A stretch of DNA of 10,360 nucleotides from a candidate division WOR-3 bacterium (GTDB lineage Bacteria; Hydrothermota; Tepidihabitantia; SM23-42; JAOAFX01): assembly GCA_039802265.1 (NCBI GenBank), contig JBDRWI010000072.1, positions 1 to 10,360 on the forward strand, in the 5' to 3' direction. The translations under genes and the position numbers were made by a program. Below are positions 7,238-10,360 of the stretch, piece after piece (within the stretch, counting starts at the first letter, position 1; each line of letters opens with the position of its first letter). The notes beneath the pieces were generated by a model. That model made no database searches, was not told where the DNA came from, and saw only the letters and a list, made by a program, of their open reading frames with translations.

Positions 7238-7708
7238 CTATTTTACCCTTTTTACCTGCCCATAGAGGCTAACAACTTCCAGACCGGTCATTGCTGCATC
7301 CCAGCCTTTATTGCCCATCTTGGTTCCGGCCCTTTCAATTGCCTGCTCGGTGGTGTCGGCGGTGATTATTCCATATATCACCGGCGGACCGGCCTCAAGG
7401 TTCAATTGGGCAATTCCCTTGGTAACTTCATTGGCGATATAATCAAAATGTGGCGTATCCCCCCTGATTACCACTCCCAGACAGATTATACAGTCAAAAC
7501 CGGATTCCTTAAGTCTTTTAGCAAGACCGGGAATTTCAAAACTGCCCGGTACCCAGTAAACAGTGATATCCGATTCGGCAACCTGGTGCCTCAATAAACA
7601 ATCAATTGCCCCTTCAAGTAGTCTCTTTGAAACAAATTCATTAAACCTTGAGACAATTATCCCAAATTTTTTACCCTTGCCGATTAAGGTTCCCTTTATC
7701 TCATTCAT
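7238..7708 (-). CDS. ribH: 6,7-dimethyl-8-ribityllumazine synthase
   Basis: Motifs [53 protein letters not shown] at 7717-7712. Confidence 0.98.
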   Translation of the reverse strand: MNEIKGTLIGKGKKFGIIVSRFNEFVSKRLLEGAIDCLLRHQVAESDITVYWVPGSFEIPGLAKRLKESGFDCIICLGVVIRGDTPHFDYIANEVTKGIAQLNLEAGPPVIYGIITADTTEQAIERAGTKMGNKGWDAAMTGLEVVSLYGQVKRVK

Positions 7709-7722
7709 TATACCTCCAAAAT

Positions 7723-8943
7723 TTATTTTAAAGAATTCTTTAAAACTGCATCGGGTATCAAATGCCCGAGTTTCTCCCGTTTTGTTCTTAAATAACTTAG
7801 ATTATGTTTGTGGGGTGCGAAGATTGGAATCTGTTCAACAACCTTCAATCCGTATCCCTCAAGTCCAATGATTTTTTTGGGGTTATTGGTCAATAGCCTT
7901 ACCGATGTAAGACCTAAATCCGCAAGGATCTGGGCACCAATCCCATAATCCCTAAGGTCTGGTGGATAACCCAATGCCAGATTCGCCTCAACTGTATCAA
8001 GGCCCCGCTCCTGCAATTTATATGCCTTGAGTTTATTTACAAGACCTATCCCCCTGCCCTCCTGTCTCATATATAGAAAGACACCCGATTTATTCTTAGC
8101 GATCATTGACAGTGCCTTATCAAGCTGGTCTCCACAATCACAGCGCAAAGAATGGAAGACATCACCAGTAAGGCACTGGGAATGAACCCGCACCAGAACA
8201 TTTCTCCTTCCCCTGACATTGCCGAGGACAAGTGCAATGTGATGCTCATGGGTAATCTTATCTTCATATAACATCAATTTGAATCTACCATATTTTGTAG
8301 GCAACTCAGTTTCAAGGATTTTTTCAACGAGTTTCTCTTTTTTCCGGCGATACTCTATGAGGTCCCTGATTGTTATTATCTTGAGATTAAAATTTCGCGC
8401 AATCTTTTTGAGTTTGGAAAGTTTTGCCATCCGACCATCGGAGTCCATTATTTCACATAAGACACCAGCCGGATAGAGACCGGCAAGGCGTGCAAGGTCA
8501 ATACTCGCCTCAGTATGCCCGGCGCGCCTTAAGACACCGCCTTCAGTAGCGCGTAGTGGAAAGATATGACCGGGGCGGGCAAGGTCTTCGGGCTTTGTCC
8601 TTTTATCAACAAGTGCCTTTACCGTCTTTGCCCGGTCAAATGCCGAGATTCCCGTGGTCGTCCCTCTTTTTGCATCAACACTTATTGCAAAGGGTGTTCC
8701 ATGGAGTGCAGTGTTATCACTAACCATCACCGGAATATCAAGTTCCTCAAGCCTCTTCGCAGTAAGTGCCACGCAGATAAGACCCCGGCCATGTTTTGCC
8801 ATAAAGTTGATAAGCCGGGGGGTTACCTTCTCTGCCGCCGCAATAAAATCTCCTTCATTTTCACGGTTTTCATCATCCACGACAATTACCGGCTTTCCCT
8901 TTTTGATTTCTTGAATTCCTTCTTCTATGCTTGCGATCTTCAC
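7723..8943 (-). CDS. ribBA: Bifunctional 3,4-dihydroxy-2-butanone-4-phosphate synthase / GTP cyclohydrolase II
   Basis: RibB motifs [36 protein letters not shown]. RibA motifs [29 protein letters not shown]. Start placed at GTG 8943 (MKIASIEE); the track's TTG at 8976 is the -35 box. Confidence 0.97.
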   Translation of the reverse strand: MKIASIEEGIQEIKKGKPVIVVDDENRENEGDFIAAAEKVTPRLINFMAKHGRGLICVALTAKRLEELDIPVMVSDNTALHGTPFAISVDAKRGTTTGISAFDRAKTVKALVDKRTKPEDLARPGHIFPLRATEGGVLRRAGHTEASIDLARLAGLYPAGVLCEIMDSDGRMAKLSKLKKIARNFNLKIITIRDLIEYRRKKEKLVEKILETELPTKYGRFKLMLYEDKITHEHHIALVLGNVRGRRNVLVRVHSQCLTGDVFHSLRCDCGDQLDKALSMIAKNKSGVFLYMRQEGRGIGLVNKLKAYKLQERGLDTVEANLALGYPPDLRDYGIGAQILADLGLTSVRLLTNNPKKIIGLEGYGLKVVEQIPIFAPHKHNLSYLRTKREKLGHLIPDAVLKNSLK

Positions 8944-8948
8944 ACAAT

Positions 8949-8976
8949 ATTTTATTGAAATTCTAAAAAAAGTCAA
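8949..8976 (-). promoter_or_regulatory. Sigma70-type promoter for ribBA and downstream genes
   Basis: Minus strand TTGACT (8976-8971), a 16-nt spacer, TAAAAT (8954-8949), then 5 nt to the GTG start. Confidence 0.7.
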
Positions 8977-8983
8977 CTATAAT
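8955..8983 (+). promoter_or_regulatory. Near-consensus sigma70 promoter pointing antisense into the polymerase gene
   Basis: TTGAAA (8955-8960), a 17-nt spacer, TATAAT (8978-8983). Confidence 0.55.
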
Positions 8984-9015
8984 GTTAACCCGCAGGGACA
9001 AGTTTGTAAATCCAG

Positions 9016-10360
9016 TTATACTTCCCTCTCTGGCGAAGATATGACCAAAATCAACGCATCATTCCTTAAATATCCTTCTATTTCAACTATTGGTGAGTTC
9101 TGCTGGTAAAGATCGAAGGATATTACTTCCATTATCCCGGTCTCATCATCAATGGTAAAGAAGGTTGTCCACCTCTTTTTTCTATTCAGGATTATCCTCC
9201 GGGCAATGACCAATCCGGTAAGTTTGAATATCTTTTTATTCAAGCCATAATCCTGGATTAGGTCACCAATCCGTAAATCTCTTTTGGGATGAAGAAACTC
9301 AAGTATATGCATTTCGGGTATAAAGCCCAAAACCTGCAGCGTATCTTTCCTCTTCTTAATTCGGCTGAAGTCTTGAAATTGGTCAGGGAGTTCATAACCG
9401 AAGATTTCTTTCTGACTTGCTCTTGACTCTTTCCCATTTTTCCTTGAATCCAGCAGAAGATAATAGAGCTTTGGTCTGGTTTCATTGAACAGATCCAGGG
9501 CACCGGATTTTATAAGACCTATTCCCTCTTCTATATCCGGTCTTACCGCTGAAAAAAAATCCCCGGCGGTCTTAAATGGTCTTGAGTTTGCTATCCTTCT
9601 TATCGTGGTGTGCGATAAATTTTTAATCTGTCTTAGTCCGGTCAGCAAAGAATTCCCTCTTATAGAAAATCCATAATCACTATTATTCACATCCGGTCCA
9701 AGAATTCTTATTCCCCACCTTCTTGCCTCATTTATGTAGGCATATAGAGGATAATAACCACCTTCGTTATTCAATAACCTGCAGAAAAATTCCAGTGGAG
9801 CATAAAATTTCTGGTATGCAGAGAGATAGGCAAGTGTAGCATAAGTTAGACTGTGTGCCTTATTAAAACCAAACGAAGAGAACGCCGAGATTCGCTGCCA
9901 TACCCGTTCAATCTCTTTTTTGCTATATCCAAGTTTTGCGGACTCAATAAAAAATTTTTCTTTTATTTCGTTCATCAAATTTGAACCCCGTTCTTTGGTC
10001 ATTGCCCTCCTTAAAAGGTCGGCATCATCAAGATTGAAACCCGCGAAGCGATTTGCGATATTAAGAATCTGTTCCTGATATACCGGTATACCTAAGGTCT
10101 CTTCCAAAATATCTTTGAGGTCGGGATGTAGATAATCCACTCTTTCCTTACCACCAAGTCTTTTTAAAAATCTTTCTTTCATTCCACCCCTTGCTGGTCC
10201 GGGTCTTATGATTGCAATGGCATTGGCAATATCCATTAGACTTTTTGGCTTTATCTTTTTCAGGACCTGCCTTACCATTGGGCTTTCAATCTGAAAACAA
10301 CCAAGGGTCTTCCCTTCAGAGATAAATCTGTATACCGAAAGGTCAGTCAAATCTATTTCT
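9016..10360 (-). CDS. dnaE: DNA polymerase III alpha subunit, C-terminal part (5' end outside window), probably DnaE2-like error-prone type
   Basis: Motifs GCFQIESP, AIIRPGP, TLGIPVYQEQ, ADLLRRAM, FGFNKAHS..YA, PDVNNS, GL..IK, and an OB-fold with FFTIDDETG..EV. The frame stays open to the window edge (EIDLTD...). LLNNEGGYY and the short C-terminus favour DnaE2-like. Confidence 0.9.
   Translation of the reverse strand, partial: EIDLTDLSVYRFISEGKTLGCFQIESPMVRQVLKKIKPKSLMDIANAIAIIRPGPARGGMKERFLKRLGGKERVDYLHPDLKDILEETLGIPVYQEQILNIANRFAGFNLDDADLLRRAMTKERGSNLMNEIKEKFFIESAKLGYSKKEIERVWQRISAFSSFGFNKAHSLTYATLAYLSAYQKFYAPLEFFCRLLNNEGGYYPLYAYINEARRWGIRILGPDVNNSDYGFSIRGNSLLTGLRQIKNLSHTTIRRIANSRPFKTAGDFFSAVRPDIEEGIGLIKSGALDLFNETRPKLYYLLLDSRKNGKESRASQKEIFGYELPDQFQDFSRIKKRKDTLQVLGFIPEMHILEFLHPKRDLRIGDLIQDYGLNKKIFKLTGLVIARRIILNRKKRWTTFFTIDDETGIMEVISFDLYQQNSPIVEIEGYLRNDALILVISSPEREV

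Noticed and set aside
8944..8976. 11-aa N-terminal extension of RibBA from TTG
   Set aside because: The TTG is the -35 hexamer; similarity to RibBA begins at the GTG at 8943.
943..9676. Other short ORFs in the track (e.g. 943-1134, 1327-1563, 2006-2401, 3606-4214, 5294-5554, 8566-8958, 8927-9109, 9258-9503)
   Set aside because: They overlap better-supported genes, antisense or out of frame, and have no motifs. Long antisense ORFs over dnaK are a common codon-usage artefact.

Overview
A mostly housekeeping window from a low-to-moderate GC, probably diderm, non-proteobacterial bacterium (inferred from DnaK indel signatures). The minus strand carries the 3' part of a compact DnaE2-like DNA polymerase III alpha subunit, which runs off the right edge. 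It is followed by a tightly packed run: ribBA-ribH-nusB-metallophosphoesterase-grpE-dnaK-dnaJ-rsmE. No hrcA, CIRCE, prmA, ribD, riboflavin synthase or FMN riboswitch was seen. The plus strand has a 63-aa membrane protein and a 220-aa secreted, possibly beta-barrel, protein that appears to be leaderless. The most unusual stretch is non-coding 451-763, a nested symmetric structure. It has two inward-facing GTAG-type REP elements, each interrupted by a second hairpin, enclosing inverted 7-nt periodic arrays and a 19-bp inner inverted repeat; the arrays and the inner repeat share one symmetry axis. A third, intact GTAG-REP lies at 1596-1618. Interleaved divergent sigma70-like promoters at 8949-8983 would give a leaderless ribBA mRNA and an antisense RNA against the polymerase gene. 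All calls come from manual reading only; no searches were run.
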